A stretch of DNA of 64,000 nucleotides, taken from assembly GCA_038087875.1 (NCBI GenBank), contig CM075999.1, positions 2,110,001 through 2,174,000 on the forward strand. The letters are read 5' to 3'. The position numbers and the translations under genes were made by a program. Shown here in pieces: positions 1-12,199 of the stretch; positions within the stretch are counted from its first letter, which is position 1, and every line of letters starts with the position of its first letter. Under the pieces are notes generated by a model that saw nothing but the letters and a program-made list of their open reading frames with translations, did not search any database and was not told where the DNA came from. This DNA comes from Malacoraja senta. Taxonomy: Eukaryota.

Positions 1-619
1 TGGGTGTAAACCAGCACCTGCAGTTCCTTCTTACTCAGTGTGGCTTGTCTGATGGATCAATTATGTTAGTGATTCTCCCTGGCTGTTTAATATTGACGTT
101 CTGTCACCGAGGTATGAATACACATTCAGATCGCAGGTTTGTCTTTAGCTTAATAGGCCAAGATATGTAGTTATTGATGAAGTTGAGGACAGGTAGTCAA
201 TCGCAAGTGTCAGACCCCTGGACAGGACCCTCACGGTTGCCGATACACACACGCATACAGCTTCTCAATACTCCCAGAGATTCAATGAAATTCTATTGAG
301 ATCAGTTCAGATAAAATTGTGTCACAAAGTTGGTCTGTAAGGAATCCTATACCAGGATTGATGGACCAATAAAACCAATGTGAAATGCACGCAGTTTGGT
401 GAACATAATTTTAGAGTGCGCGTGACTCCAAATATCGGATGATTTTGTTTTAATGGATGAATGCTCCTGATTCACTTGTCAGAGCTCTCTCTTGATCAGC
501 ATCCCACCCGCAAGCTGATGTTGTTTTAGTGTTGTTTAGTTTAGTTTAGAGATAGAGTGCAGAAACAGGCCCGTCGACCAGCGATCCCCGCACGCTAACG
601 CTATCCTACACACACTGGG

Positions 620-850
620 GGTTCCCTGTGGCTATGAAACTGTACAACTCCTCCCCCTTCTGTCGTGGGGTAGATTGAGACTGACTCTCCCCCCCCCCCC
701 CCCACCCCAACCTTTGCACATCCCCCAATCCTTTCCCCTCGTAACTTTAATTTCCTGTTTCATGTATTTTGTGTTTTTGTGTCTGTTGGCAGACCAATTT
801 CCCTCCTGGGATAAACAAAGTTCTATCGTATCCTATCGTGTCGTATTGCG
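620..850 (+). mobile_element. Rex1/Babar-type LINE 3' end
   Basis: ORF end (FPVAMKLYNS) then 3' UTR ending in (ATCGT)-like repeats; same family inverted at ~27075-27335 and ~58350-58545. Confidence 0.6.
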
Positions 851-1327
851 GTGCTGGCTCGAAGGGCCGAATGGCCTCCTCCTGCACCTATTTTCTATTT
901 TCTATGTTTCTATCCTATCCTACATCTGTCTATTGTGGACAGCTTGAATGAAATCATATATATTCTTGTCTTTGACTGGATAGTCTGCAGACAAAGGCTT
1001 TTCTCTGTAGCTTGGTACATGTGGCAAACTAACAAAACGAAATAATAAACTGTAGCTGAGCCCTTCAAACCAACGCAGCGTCATCAGTCTTGGATCATAG
1101 AAGCTGTTGATTAAATCCATGTAAGGATTTGTGTTTACCCCACTCCAGCTAGATATCTCATTCATCATTGTTACTTTAGCTGGTGATAGTTCAGCTTTGG
1201 GCCCTTCGGCCTGGAGTGTCTAGTTTAGTTTAGTTTAGAGATACAGCGTGGAAACAGGCCCTTCAGCCCATCCAGTCCATGTTAGCCATTGATCACCCAA
1301 TTCACTAGTTCTATGTTATCAAGTTTA

Positions 1328-1556
1328 AGGCCCTGTCCCACTTTTACCACCTAATTCACGACCTTTTTTACTCGTGGACATTTTTCATCAGGCTAGAAAA
1401 ACGCCCCGACCTACTTGATGCCACGAGTACCTACGACTAGCATCACGACCTACCTACGACCCACCTACGACCTCGTGACGACCATGCTGCGAGTATGAGT
1501 CAAGGGCAAACTCGGCAGAGGTGGTGAATTTGGTCGTGAAAGTGGGACCGGCCCTT
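1328..1556. mobile_element. PIF/Harbinger-type MITE
   Basis: TIRs AGGCCCTGTCCCACTTT / AAAGTGGGACCGGCCCT; internal ACCTACGAC repeats; shares CTCGTGGACATTTTTCA with the MITEs at 20370 and 28870. Confidence 0.7.
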
Positions 1557-1844
1557 TCGCATCCTGCAGTTTACAGAAGACAATAAGCCTACAAACCTGC
1601 GCATCCTTGCAATGTGGGAGGAAACCAGAGAACACGGGTCACGGGGAGAACGTGCAAACTCCGTACAGACAGCACCTGAAGTCAGGATGGAACCCGGGCT
1701 CTGCAGATGCTGGTTCACACCGAAGATAGACGCGAAATGCTGGAGTAACTCAGCGGGACGGACGGGCAGCGTCTCTGGAGAGAAGGAATGGGTGACGTTT
1801 CGGGTCCAGACCCTTCTTCAGACTTCTTTCACACTTGCCTGGGA

Positions 1845-2288
1845 TCGCTCCCACCGCGACCACCGCGGACTTTACCATCAAGAGCTGGCAGTCTTCGGGA
1901 GAGGCTGAGTCGGGAGCTCCAAGGTCGCGGGAGGTTCGACCAGCCCCGACGCGAGGATCGATCGTCCAGCGCGGGGGAGCTGACATTCCCCCCCCCCGAT
2001 GCGGGAGCGGATCGCCTCGACGCGGAGGGCCCGAAACGCCACCGGCTACGGGAGTCAAGATCGTCCCGTCAACGGGGGCTCGAGGAAGAACTAAGGGAAG
2101 GGACTTGAACTTTATTTCGCCTTCCATCACAGCGAGGAATGTGTAGACTCGAGTCACTGTGGCGGATGTTCATGTTAACATGTCTTCTGTTGCTTTTAAT
2201 TGTATGACCGACCTGGCAAAAGGAAATTCCTCGTATGTTGCGAAAAACATACTTGGCGAATAAAGTGCGATTCTGATTCTGATTCTGA
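1845..2288 (+). mobile_element. GC-rich non-autonomous retroelement with microsatellite tail
   Basis: Homologous to 39477-40097 (GCCTTCCATCACAG.GAGGAA, GGATGTT.ATGTTAA); ends AATAAAG...(ATTCTG)n. Confidence 0.55.
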
Positions 2289-2985
2289 AAACGCAGCTGA
2301 ATTCCTGTCACCCGAAGCTGCAATGAAATGGTGCTGACTGGTGTTCCACGGCATTAATGTTATTTTAGGATGCATTATGAGCAGCCTGTGAACCATCTCA
2401 ATAAACACAATGACACTGGTGTTAGACTGAGCCTCTCATCCCATCGCGACATGGCTGCGGAAAGTGGCGGTTACCGTGGCAACCCTAACGCACAATAATA
2501 CTAATCAGTCAAACACCATTGAGCTAAATAGCGTCGTGAATTTATGTATGGTGTTATGATTTTTAGCATAAATTGTCAATCCTCTGCTGTTATATTGTTT
2601 AATACACCCTGGTATAATCAACGGACTTGAAAATAGAAACTTACATTAGCTTTTATTTTGCATGACTGGTTTTGCTGCATCACTCTGCGGTTATTAGATT
2701 CTTTTTTAAGTGCTCAGCACAATATACAATTTTAATCAGAACAATTGCAACAAAACTAGGAGCTGGGTTAATAGAAACACTAAGGAATGCGGAATGATTT
2801 TGCGTCACGTTAGATATTTTCACGTCATGCCTTAAGGAGGGTTTCAGCGGTGGAGGTTTTCGCTGTGTGACACCAGGACTGGGCAACTCAGCGCAGTTCA
2901 GTTTAGCTTACTGTCGCGTGGACCTTTTTGTGTCTCTATTTTCGGTGCAAACCAACACCTGCGGTCCCTTCTTTTACACGTGGCG

Positions 2986-3322
2986 GGGCGGCACGGTGGC
3001 GCAGTGGGTAGAGTCGCTGCCTTTCAGCGCTTGCAGCCCCGGAGGCCCCGGGATCGATCCCGACTACGGGTGCTGCCTGTACGGAGTTTGTACACGTTCT
3101 CCCCGTGACCGCGTGGGTTTTCTCCGAGATCTTCGGTTTCCTCCCACGCTCCAAAGACGTGCGGGTTTGTGGGATAATTGGCTTGGGTTTGTATACTTGG
3201 TATAAGTGTAAATTGTCCCTCGTGTGTGTCAGCTTGTGTTGATGTGCGGGCGGGGATCACTGGTCAGCACGGACCCGGTGGGCCGAAGGGCCTGTTTCCG
3301 TGCTGTATCTCTAAACTAAACA
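2986..3322 (+). mobile_element. tRNA-derived V-SINE (HE1-like), full length
   Basis: A box GGTGGCGCAGTGGG, B-box-like GATCGATCCC, V-domain CGTTCTCCCCGTGACC...GGTTTCCTCCCAC, tail GGGCCGAAGGGCCTGTTTCC...(CTAAA)n. Confidence 0.9.
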
Positions 3323-3489
3323 AAACATAGAACAGCCAGGATTGAATGGCGGAGTAGACTTGATGGGCCGAATGGCCTAATTCTGCTCCTATTACATAAT
3401 TGCATGAATTTATTGCACGATCAAGATAACATCCTGAAAACCCACAACCCTGTCGTTCGAACGGGATTTGATTCATTCACTGATCCACT

Positions 3490-3735
3490 TCAGTTTAGTT
3501 TATTGCCACGTGTACCGAGGTACAGTGGAAAACGTTTGTTGCGTGCTAACCAGTCAGCGGAAAGACAATACATGATTACAATCGAGCCATTTACAGTGTA
3601 CAGATACATGATAAGGGGATAACGTTTAGTGCAAGGTAAAGCCAGCAAAGTCCGATCAAGGATAGTCCGAGGGTCACCAATGAGGTAGATAGTAGTTCAG
3701 CGTCGCTCTCTGGTTGTGGTAGGATGGTTCAGTTA
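3490..3735 (-). mobile_element. Rex1/Babar-type LINE 3' UTR
   Basis: Reverse complement of the tail attached to Rex1-like ORF ends at 14685-15065 and 27860-28167. Confidence 0.8.
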
Positions 3736-3751
3736 GAGTGTTTGAGATTGT

Positions 3752-3938
3752 GTGGGAAGGAACCGCAGATGCTGGTTTACACCGAAGATAGACACAAAAT
3801 GCTGGAGTAACTCAGTGGGACGGGCAGCATCTTTGGAGAGAAGGAATCGGGTCGAGACTCTTCTGCAGACTCAGACTGGGCCTCCTCCATTGTCAAAGTG
3901 AGGCCCAAAGCAAATTGGAGGAACAGCAACTCCTATTA
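3752..3938. mobile_element. Penelope-like fragment: inverted terminal segment abutting GIY-YIG C-terminal codons
   Basis: 3879-3938 (+) reads GLLHCQSEAQSKLEEQQLLL, matching the peptide at 61036-61233 (-); preceded by a minus-strand copy of the PLE terminal repeat. Confidence 0.7.
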
Positions 3939-4287
3939 GGGGGGGGGGGTGGGAGGGGGGGGGGGGTGGGGTTGGACGCAAGGGTCTATGGGAGGGGTTG
4001 GGAGTGGAGTTAACATTGATGCCTAAACTTCAACAAAGGTTGTGTTGCTACGGACGAGGACATCCATCACGAATCCATAAACTAATGCAATCCACAAGTT
4101 AGCGCTCAGTGGAACTCAGTGGAACTAATAGAATATATTCCCCATGCAAAGAAAAACCTTACGCACAACATTGCCTATCCCAACAAACGTGTAAAAATGA
4201 TCACTTTGAACGCTAAAGCATTCACTTGACTGCTTCTCCGTGTGGCAGGCAATAGTTTCACGCTAATGTCGTCGGGATTGCGAAAGA

Positions 4288-4535
4288 TTTAAGAAGGAAC
4301 TGCAGATGCTGGAAAAATCGAAGGTGGACAAAAGTGCTGGAGAAACTCAGTGGGTGCAGCAGCATCTATGGAGCGAAGGAAATAGGCAACGTTTCGGGCT
4401 GAAACCCTAAAGGGTTTCGGCCCGAAACGTTACCTATTTCCTTCCTGAAGGGTCTCGTCCCGAAACGTCACCTATTTCCTTCGCTCCATAGACGCTGCCT
4501 CACCCGCTGAGTTTCTCCAGCATTTTTGTCTACCT
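4288..4535. mobile_element. Palindromic PLE-derived short insertion
   Basis: Inverted arms GCTGGAGAAACTCAG...GAAGGAAATAGG / CCTATTTCCTTC...CTGAGTTTCTCCAGC; TSD GGGATTGYGAAAGA at 4274-4287 and 4536-4549. Confidence 0.85.
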
Positions 4536-4786
4536 GGGATTGTGAAAGAACTCCTTTGATCAAAGTGATCACAGTGGCTTCCACGAGCACAGGCATCAAG
4601 CACTCCCAGGGGACTCCTTTAAAGTGTCCCTGCTATCTCTCCCATATTTAAGTGCTTCAGTTTTTCTCGTATACACTCCATTTGCATCAATATTGTAACT
4701 AATGGATAATTCTAAAGGCGTTTCATTTCTCTAATTTTTATCCAATTTGGACTTTTTATGTTGCACCTTTCCTCAGCTCCATTATG

Positions 4787-5805
4787 GGCGGCGCGGTGAC
4801 GCAGCGGTAGAGTCGCTGCCTCACAGCGCCAGAGACCCGGGTTCGATCCCGACCACGGGTGCTGTCTTTGCGGAGTTTGCACGTTCTCCCCGTGACCTGC
4901 GTGGGTTTTCTCTGGGTGCTCTGGTTTCATCCCACACTCCCAAAGGACATGCAGGTTGAACGCTGGTCACCGCAGGAGGTTGAATATATTATAGATAAAA
5001 ATGTTAATATTTTAATTTGATAATTTTGCTTAAGTGTTTTTTAAATTGTTTGAGCTTTCTACCCTCCCTTGTAAATTGTACATTTGGTTAAAAATCTAAT
5101 AAAAAAAACATTTACGGGAAAAAAAGAAGAAAAAAAAGGACATACAGGTTGAACGCTGGTCACCGCGGAAGGTCGAATGTATTGTTGATAAAAATGTTAA
5201 TATTTTAATTAGATAACTGTTTGTAAAATGCCAATATAGGCATTCTTTGATCGTGTTACCACTGTATTTTTTGTTTGTTCTGAATAAAAGCATTTTGTAG
5301 GGGGAAAAAAAGGACATGCAGGTTGGCACAAAATGCTGGAGTAACTCGGGAGGGTCAGGAAGCATCTGAGGAAAAAAAGAATAGGTGACGTTTCTGGACG
5401 AGACCCTTGTTCAAGCTGAGATTCAGGGGAGAGGGAAACTGGAGGCATGATAAGGTGCAGGAGAGAGCATCATTTGCTGGTTTGAGCCGAAGATAGACAC
5501 CAAAAGCTGGTGTAACTCTGCGGGTCAGGCAGCATCTGTGGGGAAAAGGAATAGGTGACGTTTCAGATCGGGTCTGAAGAAGGGTCTTGACCCAAAACGT
5601 CACCTATTCCTTTACCCCATCGATGCTGTCTGACCCGCTGTGTGTATCTTCGGTATGAAAAGGGACAGGCTTGTTGGTAAAATTGTACACACAGTCCCCT
5701 AGTGTGTAGGATAGCGCATGTCTATGTGGGATCGCTGGTCGGCACGGACTCGGTGGGCCGAAGGGCCCGTTTCTGCGCTGTATCTCTGAAGTCTAAAGTC
5801 TAAAT
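4787..5805 (+). mobile_element. V-SINE interrupted by two Tx1-like 3' ends and a PLE-derived insertion
   Basis: SINE head 4787-4958, tail ~5665-5805; inserts at 4959-5325 and ~5326-5660. Confidence 0.75.
4959..5325 (+). mobile_element. Two tandem Tx1/L1-clade LINE 3' ends
   Basis: Each begins (G)AACGCTGGTCACCGC (ERWSP..VE.I.DKN, resembling Tx1 ORF2 ends), has AATAAA and an A-rich tail; AAAGGACATRCAGGTTG occurs three times as boundary. Confidence 0.6.
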
Positions 5806-6664
5806 GTCAGGCAGAGGGTACTGATTGTGGATGATCTGCCGTGATCGCATTGAGTGGCGGTGCTGGCTTGAAGGGCCGAATGGCCTCCTCCTGCACCTAT
5901 TGTGCATTGGAATGGACAGACAACGTTTCCGCGCTGCGTCTAAAAAACCTCTAAAGGCGCTCCCGTGGTCAAAATGCGAGAGTCTCCGTCTCCCAAGCAT
6001 TCGGCACTCATGCAGCGTTCAATGCCTTGTTTGAAATGCGACGGGTAAATAATGTCACAGGGGGCTGCACACTGGCCCCGCAGCCAAGTGCCAAGCGTGC
6101 GAGATTTACTGCTGAATTCTTAATCCTTCTTTTTGAAATGTATTAAACTTGACATTTACGTGTGTACGCAGCCTTTTCATGTCTCTTTCAATAAACTCAC
6201 CGCAGCTATGATCAGCTTTAACAATGTACAAATTGTTATATATTATTCAGATGTAGCTTTAATGCTGCAAAACTATTAAATCTGAGGTTGGTCCCCCGCT
6301 CAACTTGCATTGAGACTAGATTACAAATGAATGCATATCCCGTCTTGGAGCCTAGGTTTATCTCGACGCGGTTTGGCTGCTTGGAATCGGCTGCAAACGC
6401 GTGACAATTGAGTACCGGAGCAAGGAGGTCCTACTGCGGTTGTACGCAAAAATTATTTATCGATAATTGATGTTTTTGTGCGGTTTTCTGCGTTTATGTG
6501 CATCTGATGCTGCTGCAAGCAAGATTTTCTTTCTGGTTTCATCCCACACTCCCAAGGACATGCAGGTGGATAAAAGTACACCGATTCTACCAGACAGAGA
6601 ACAGATGAGACGTTGTTGCAAAAATACACAACTTGAAAACAGGTCCATGGTCCATCCTATCACC

Positions 6665-7010
6665 AACATCACACAGAACAACCTCCCTTCCCTTGACTCC
6701 ATCTACACCTCACGCTGCCTCGGCAAGGCCAGCAGCATCTTCAAGGACCAGTCTCACCCCCGGCCACTCCCTCTTCTCCCCTCTCCCATCAAGCAAGTGG
6801 TACAGAAGTGTGAAAAAGCACACACCTCCAGATTCAGGGACAGTTTCTTCCCAGCTGTTATCAGGCAACTGAACCATCCTACCACCAACTAGACAGTGGT
6901 CTTGACCTCCCATCTGGCTCATTGGTGACCTATGGACTATCTTTAATCAGGCTTTATCCTGTACTAAACATTATTCTCTATATCCAGCATCAGTACACTG
7001 TGGACGGCTG
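6665..7010 (+). mobile_element. Rex1/Babar LINE 3' fragment
   Basis: Peptide LPSLDSIYTSRCLGKASSIFKDQSHP...SRFRDSFFPAVIRQLN. Confidence 0.85.
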
Positions 7011-7035
7011 CTTTGAGCTGACTGGATATTTTAGA

Positions 7036-7345
7036 GATTTAGTTTAGAGATACAGTATGGAAACAGGCCCTTCGGCCCATCAGGTCCATGCCGACCAGCG
7101 ATCCCCACACACTAACACTATCCTACACTCACTAGGGACAATTTTTACATTTACACCCAGCCAATTAACCTACAAACCTGTACGCCTTTGGAGTGTGGGA
7201 GGAAACCGAAGATCTCAGAGAAAATCCACGCAGGTCACGGGGAGAACGTACAAACTCCGTACAGACAGCGCCCGTAGTCGGGTTCAAATCCCGGGTCTCC
7301 GGCGCTGTGTAAGGCAGCAACTCTACCGCTGCGCCGCCGTGACCG
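7036..7345 (-). mobile_element. V-SINE (HE1-like)
   Basis: Reverse complement of 2986-3322 consensus. Confidence 0.9.
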
Positions 7346-7415
7346 TCCTAATAGCACGCAACAGAAAAACCTTTCAGTGTACCTCGGTGCACGGGACAGT
7401 AATAAATTAAACTAA

Positions 7416-7680
7416 GGTAGACAAAAATGCTGGAGAAACTCAGCGGGTGCAGCAGCATCTATGGAGCGAAGGAAATAGGCAACGTTTCGGCCCGAAACCC
7501 TTCTTCAGACTGATGGGGGGGTGGGGGGGAGGCGGGGAGAAGAAAGGAAAAAGGAGGAGGAGGAGCCCGGGGGCTGAGGGAGAGGTAGGAAGGGGAGGAG
7601 ACAGCAAGGGTTAACTGAATTGTGAGAATTCAATGTTCATGCCCAGAGGATGCAGAATATGAGGTGCTGTTCCTCCAAAT
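7416..7680 (-). mobile_element. Penelope-like element 3' end
   Basis: Minus strand LEEQHLIF...GMNIEFS, pyrimidine-rich UTR, CTGAAGAAGGG...CGAAACGTT core; TSD TAAATTARACTAA 7403-7415 / 7681-7693. Confidence 0.8.
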
Positions 7681-7817
7681 TAAATTAGACTAAACCAGTG
7701 CAAGAGGCGTTGCATAGTGTTCCGTTGTTGAGGTAGGATTGGGGATGTGCAGGTCGGCTCTAGAACCTGATAGTTGTAGGAAAGTACAGCAACTGTTCCT
7801 GAATGTATGTGTGGAAT

Positions 7818-8275
7818 GTTTTTTTATTTTTTTATTTAAAAAAATAAATAAATTATTTATTGGAAGTACATTACATTACAACCACATACATTAGTACTCG
7901 TCACTTATGTCTTCTTACAATTAATGTACTCCATTTATTTTTTACACTAGAAAAGGAAAAGATTGAAAGAAAGAAGAAAGTGAAGGAAAAAGTGAAAGTG
8001 TAGAAATGTGACAACAAAAAAGGACGAAGACCCTATAAGAGCAAAATTAAAAAAACAAAAGAAAAAGAGTTAAGAAATAGACCCTAGAAAAGAAAGAGAA
8101 AGAGAAAGAGGAAAAAGAGAGAAACAAATATTTTTATGAGCATTACGTAAATGGGACATACCAACTCTTCAACTAGCATCCCCCCTTACCTGACCTCAAT
8201 TTTTTTTTTTTAAAGTACTTTTGCACCCTATATTTGTAATAATTCTATAAATGCAGACCACGTCAGGTGGAAGTG
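7818..8275 (-). mobile_element. Probable L1-clade LINE 3' UTR remnant
   Basis: T-rich tail at 7818-7860, purine-biased UTR resembling 44790-45100, ORF end ..WSAFIELLQI*. Confidence 0.5.
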
Positions 8276-8525
8276 ATCTGGTTTACCTGCTATGTGCGGA
8301 ATTATTTTGCAAATTGCCAAAACCTGACTAATCTCCTTCAGTTCAAAGTGTCGTGAAAGGCAATCATGCTGCAGTCGTTTTAGCTGTGAAATTGGATGAA
8401 TTAGCAACCGCGTTTGAGGCAAAAGTTGTTAAGGAATGAGTTTAAACTTGTAGTAGATCTCTCTGGCTATCATTTCAGGAGAGACTGTACACATAGAATG
8501 CGCACATCACCAGACCCAGGAACGG

Positions 8526-8862
8526 TTTTAGTTTAGTTTAGTTTAGTTTGGTTTAGTTTAGAGATACAGCATGGAAACAGGCCCTTCGGCCCACCGAGTC
8601 CATGCCGACCAGCGATCACCCACACACTAACACTGTCCTGCACACACTCAGGACAATCCACAATTTTTACCGAAGCCAATTAATAGACCTACAGACCTGC
8701 ACGTCTTTGGGATGTGGGAGGAAACCGGAGCACCCGGAGAAAACCCGCGCAGGTCACGGGGAGAACGTACAAACTCCGTACAGACAGCACCCGTAGTCAG
8801 GATGGAACCCGGGTCTCTGGCGCTGTGAGGCAGCAACTCTACCGCTGCGCCACCGTGCCGCC
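8526..8862 (-). mobile_element. V-SINE (HE1-like), full length
   Basis: (TTTAG)n tail to ...CCGCTGCGCCACCGTGCCGCC head. Confidence 0.9.
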
Positions 8863-8937
8863 TCTGTTGCCTGACCTGCTGAGTGTTTCCAGCACTTTCT
8901 GTCTTTTATCCACTTTATACACTTTGGCCTCCACTTC

Positions 8938-9290
8938 CAGCTAGATGCAGGAAAAATGTTCCCAATGTTGGGCGAGTCCAGAACCAGGGGCCACAGTCGT
9001 AGAATAAAGGGAAGGTCATTTAAGACTGAGGTGAGAAAAAACGTTTTCACCCAGAGAGTTGTGAATTTGTGGAATTCCCTGCCACAGAGGGCAGTGGAGG
9101 CCAAGTCACTGGATGGATTTAAGAGAGAGTTAGATAGAGCTCTAGGGGCTAGTGGAGTCAAGGGATATGGGGAGAAGGCAGGCACGGGTTATTGATAGGG
9201 GACGATCAGCCATGATCACAATGAATGGCGGTGCTGGCTCGAAGGGCCGAATGGCCTCCTCCTGCACCTATTTTCTATGTTTCTATGTTA
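8938..9290 (+). mobile_element. CR1 LINE 3' end
   Basis: SRTRGHS..IKGRSFKTEVRKNVFTQRVVNLWNSLP CR1 ORF2 C-terminus; tail (TTTCTATG)n. Confidence 0.9.
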
Positions 9291-9299
9291 CTGTATCTT

Positions 9300-9510
9300 A
9301 GATAGACACAAAAAAAACTGGAGTAACTCACCGGGTCAGACAGCATCTCTGGAGAAAAGAAATAGGTGACATTTCAGGTCGAGACCCTCCTTCCGACCCG
9401 AAACGTCACCCATTCCTTTTCTCCAGAGATGCTGCCTGACCCGCTGAGCTACTCCAGCCTTTTGTGTCTGTCTTCGGTTTAAACCAGCATCTGCAGTTCC
9501 TTCTTACACA
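9300..9510. mobile_element. Palindromic PLE-derived insertion (subfamily with GGAGTAACTCAG)
   Basis: Inverted arms centred near 9385. Confidence 0.75.
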
Positions 9511-10262
9511 TACTGTATCTTTCATGACGACTCAGGTTGCCTCTAAATGCTGTTCAAACACTCCCTGTTGTAATGCTTGAAGCAAGACAACGATCCTCTG
9601 TGTAGTAAACGCCCTAGAGAGGCAATGTAATAAAGATCAGATAATCCGTGTCAGTGATATTTACCAAAGGATAAAAATTGGACAGGACAACCTCAAGAAC
9701 GTTATTGAGTGATCATTCATTTTTAATAAAAATTTGCGCCTCTATTAAAAGGAATGTGAATAACATACAGATTTTACAACGCAATAATCATGTTGATATT
9801 ACCAAATAGTGCATCAGAAATACATATTAATAATAATTAATAATGGAAATATCAGAGAAGAGAGCTTAGTTTGGTTTAGTTTAGTGTGGAGTGCGGGAGG
9901 AAACCGGAGACCCGGAGAAAACCCACGCAGGTCACGGGGAGAAGGTACAAACTCCGTACAGACGGCACCCGTAGTTAGGGATGGAACCCGGGTCTCTGGC
10001 GCTGTGAGGCAGCAACTCTACCGCTGTGCCACCATGCCACACAGAGAACGCTGGCAAAGTGTTATGAATTTCAGAGGGTATCTTTCATTGAGCTAATGGT
10101 CTTCCACTAACTGTTGTGTGTGTGTGGGAAGTCCTGCTAAACATAGAGGACTATGTTATGATTGCGATGCGGGGACAACATCCCTTTTCCGGAGTTCAAG
10201 CATCAAGAGTCAAGGGTTAAGATGAATGGGAGTTTCGTGGGAAACTTGCATTCCAGGCCTGT

Positions 10263-11822
10263 GGGGCACGGTGGCGCAGTGGTAGAGTAGCTGCCTCACA
10301 GCGCCAGAGACCCTGGTTCGATCCTGACCACGGGAGCTGTCTGCACGGAGTTTGCACGTTCTCCCTGTGATCTGCTTGTGTTTCCTCCGAGATCTTCGGT
10401 TTCCTCCCACACCCCAAAGACGTGCAGGTTTGTAGATTAATTGGCTTGGTGTGAATATAAATTTGTCCCTAGTGTGTCAAAGTCAATTTTATTCGTCACA
10501 CGCCCCCGAAGGTGCAGTGAAATGAATTTGCCAGCAGCGACACTGTGGTGGAAGGCAACAAAGTTCAATCAGTCCTCCTCCTTTGTTCACCCGTGGTCGG
10601 GGCCATGAACCTACGGACAGCCCGATGTACAGGCCCTCTCGTCGGGATGATCCAAACTCCGACGTCGGGACGGTCAAACACACTCCGCGGCTTGCAGTGT
10701 GTAGGATAGTGTTAATGTGCGGGGATCGTAGTGGGGGTACCGCAAGGCTCGGTGCTGGGACCAGCAGCTATTTACAATATACATCAATGATTTGGATGAA
10801 GGGATTCAAGGTAACATTAGCAAATTTGCAGATGACACAAAGCTGGATGGCAGTGTGAACTGTGAGGAGGATGCTATGAGAATGCAGGGTGACTTGGACA
10901 GGTTGGGGGAGTGGGCAGATGCATGGCGGATGAAGTTTAATGCGGATAAATGCGAGGTTATCCACTTTGGTAGCAAAAACAGGAAGGCAGATTACTATCT
11001 AAATGGCGTCAAGTTGGGAAAAGGGGAAGTACAACGGGATCTGGGGGTCCTTGTTCATCAGTCTATGAAAGTAAGCATGCAGGTACAGCAGGCAGTGAAG
11101 AAAGCAAATGGCATGTTGGCCTTTATAACAAGAGGAATCAAATATAGGAGCAAAGAGGTCCTTCTGCAGTTGTACAGAGCCCTAGTGAGACCACACCTGA
11201 AGTATTGTGTGCAGTTTTGGTCCCCTAATTTGAGGAAAGACATTCTTGCTATTGAGGGAGTGCAGCGTAGGTTTACAAGGTTAATTCCCGGGATGGCGGG
11301 AATGTCATATGCTGAGAGAAGGTAGCAGCTGGGCTTGTACACTCTGGAGTTTAGAAGGATGAGAGGATATCTCATTGAAACATATAAGATTGTTAAGGGT
11401 TTGGACACACTAGAGGCAGGAAACATGTTCCCGATGTTGGGGGAGTCCAGAACCACAGTTTAAGAATAAGGAGTAAGCCATTTAGAACGGAGACGAGGAA
11501 ACACTTTTTCTCACAGAGAGTGGTGAGTCTGTGGAATTCTCTGCCTCAGAGGGCGGTGGAGGCAGGTTCTCTGGATGCTTTCAAGAGAGAGCTAGATAGG
11601 GCTCTTAAAAATAGCGGAGTCAGGGGATATGGGGAGAAGGCAGGAACGGGGTACCGATTGGGGATGATCAGCCATGATCACATTGAATGGCGGTGCTGGC
11701 TCGAAGGGCTGAATGGCCTACTCCTGCACCTATGGTCTATTGTCTATAGTCTATTGATCGCTGGTCGGTGCGGACTCGGTGGGCCGAAGGGCCTGTTTCC
11801 GCGCTGTATCTGTAAAACTAAA
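10263..11822 (+). mobile_element. V-SINE split by two nested insertions
   Basis: SINE 10263-10477, 10697-10728, 11756-11822; direct repeats AGTGTGT flank 10478-10696 and GATCG flank the CR1. Confidence 0.8.
10729..11755 (+). pseudogene. CR1 LINE ORF2 fragment (RT C-terminal part) with 3' tail
   Basis: GVPQGSVLGP, ISKFADDTKL, KFNADKCEVIHFG, LVRPHLKYCVQFWSP motifs; premature stop at 11323-11325 and a deletion near 11455; tail (CTATTGT)n. Confidence 0.95.
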
Positions 11823-12199
11823 ATATAAAGGCGTACGTAATGACGAAACAAGTGTATTGAATTGAACTTCAGTTAACCTACTCAAGGAGTTGAATTTACA
11901 ATGCATTCAATTTCAAGGGTCTAAAGGACAATTCTTCAGTGGATTAAAATATATAGTTTTTGAGCTGAAATGTGAATATTTAATGCTATTAAGTTTAGTG
12001 CTTATTATATCAATATGTATACCAAAATTTGTATATCTCGAGTGTGAGAGCCACTGAGAGGAAGGTCAGTAATTCCATTGTCAAAACATTTGCAAAAGTG
12101 AGTTGAAAACATTATCATTCCGAATGAATATTCCAATCGCACAAAGGCTGATTGTTTAAGAGTTAGGTGCTTGTTTGTATTTACTGTGAAAATATATAA

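Noticed and set aside
2986..3070. tRNA gene
   Set aside because: tRNA-derived SINE head that continues into the V domain and LINE-like tail; dozens of copies
10792..11325. Functional reverse transcriptase gene
   Set aside because: 5'-truncated CR1 with frameshift and premature stop; no intact autonomous element in the window
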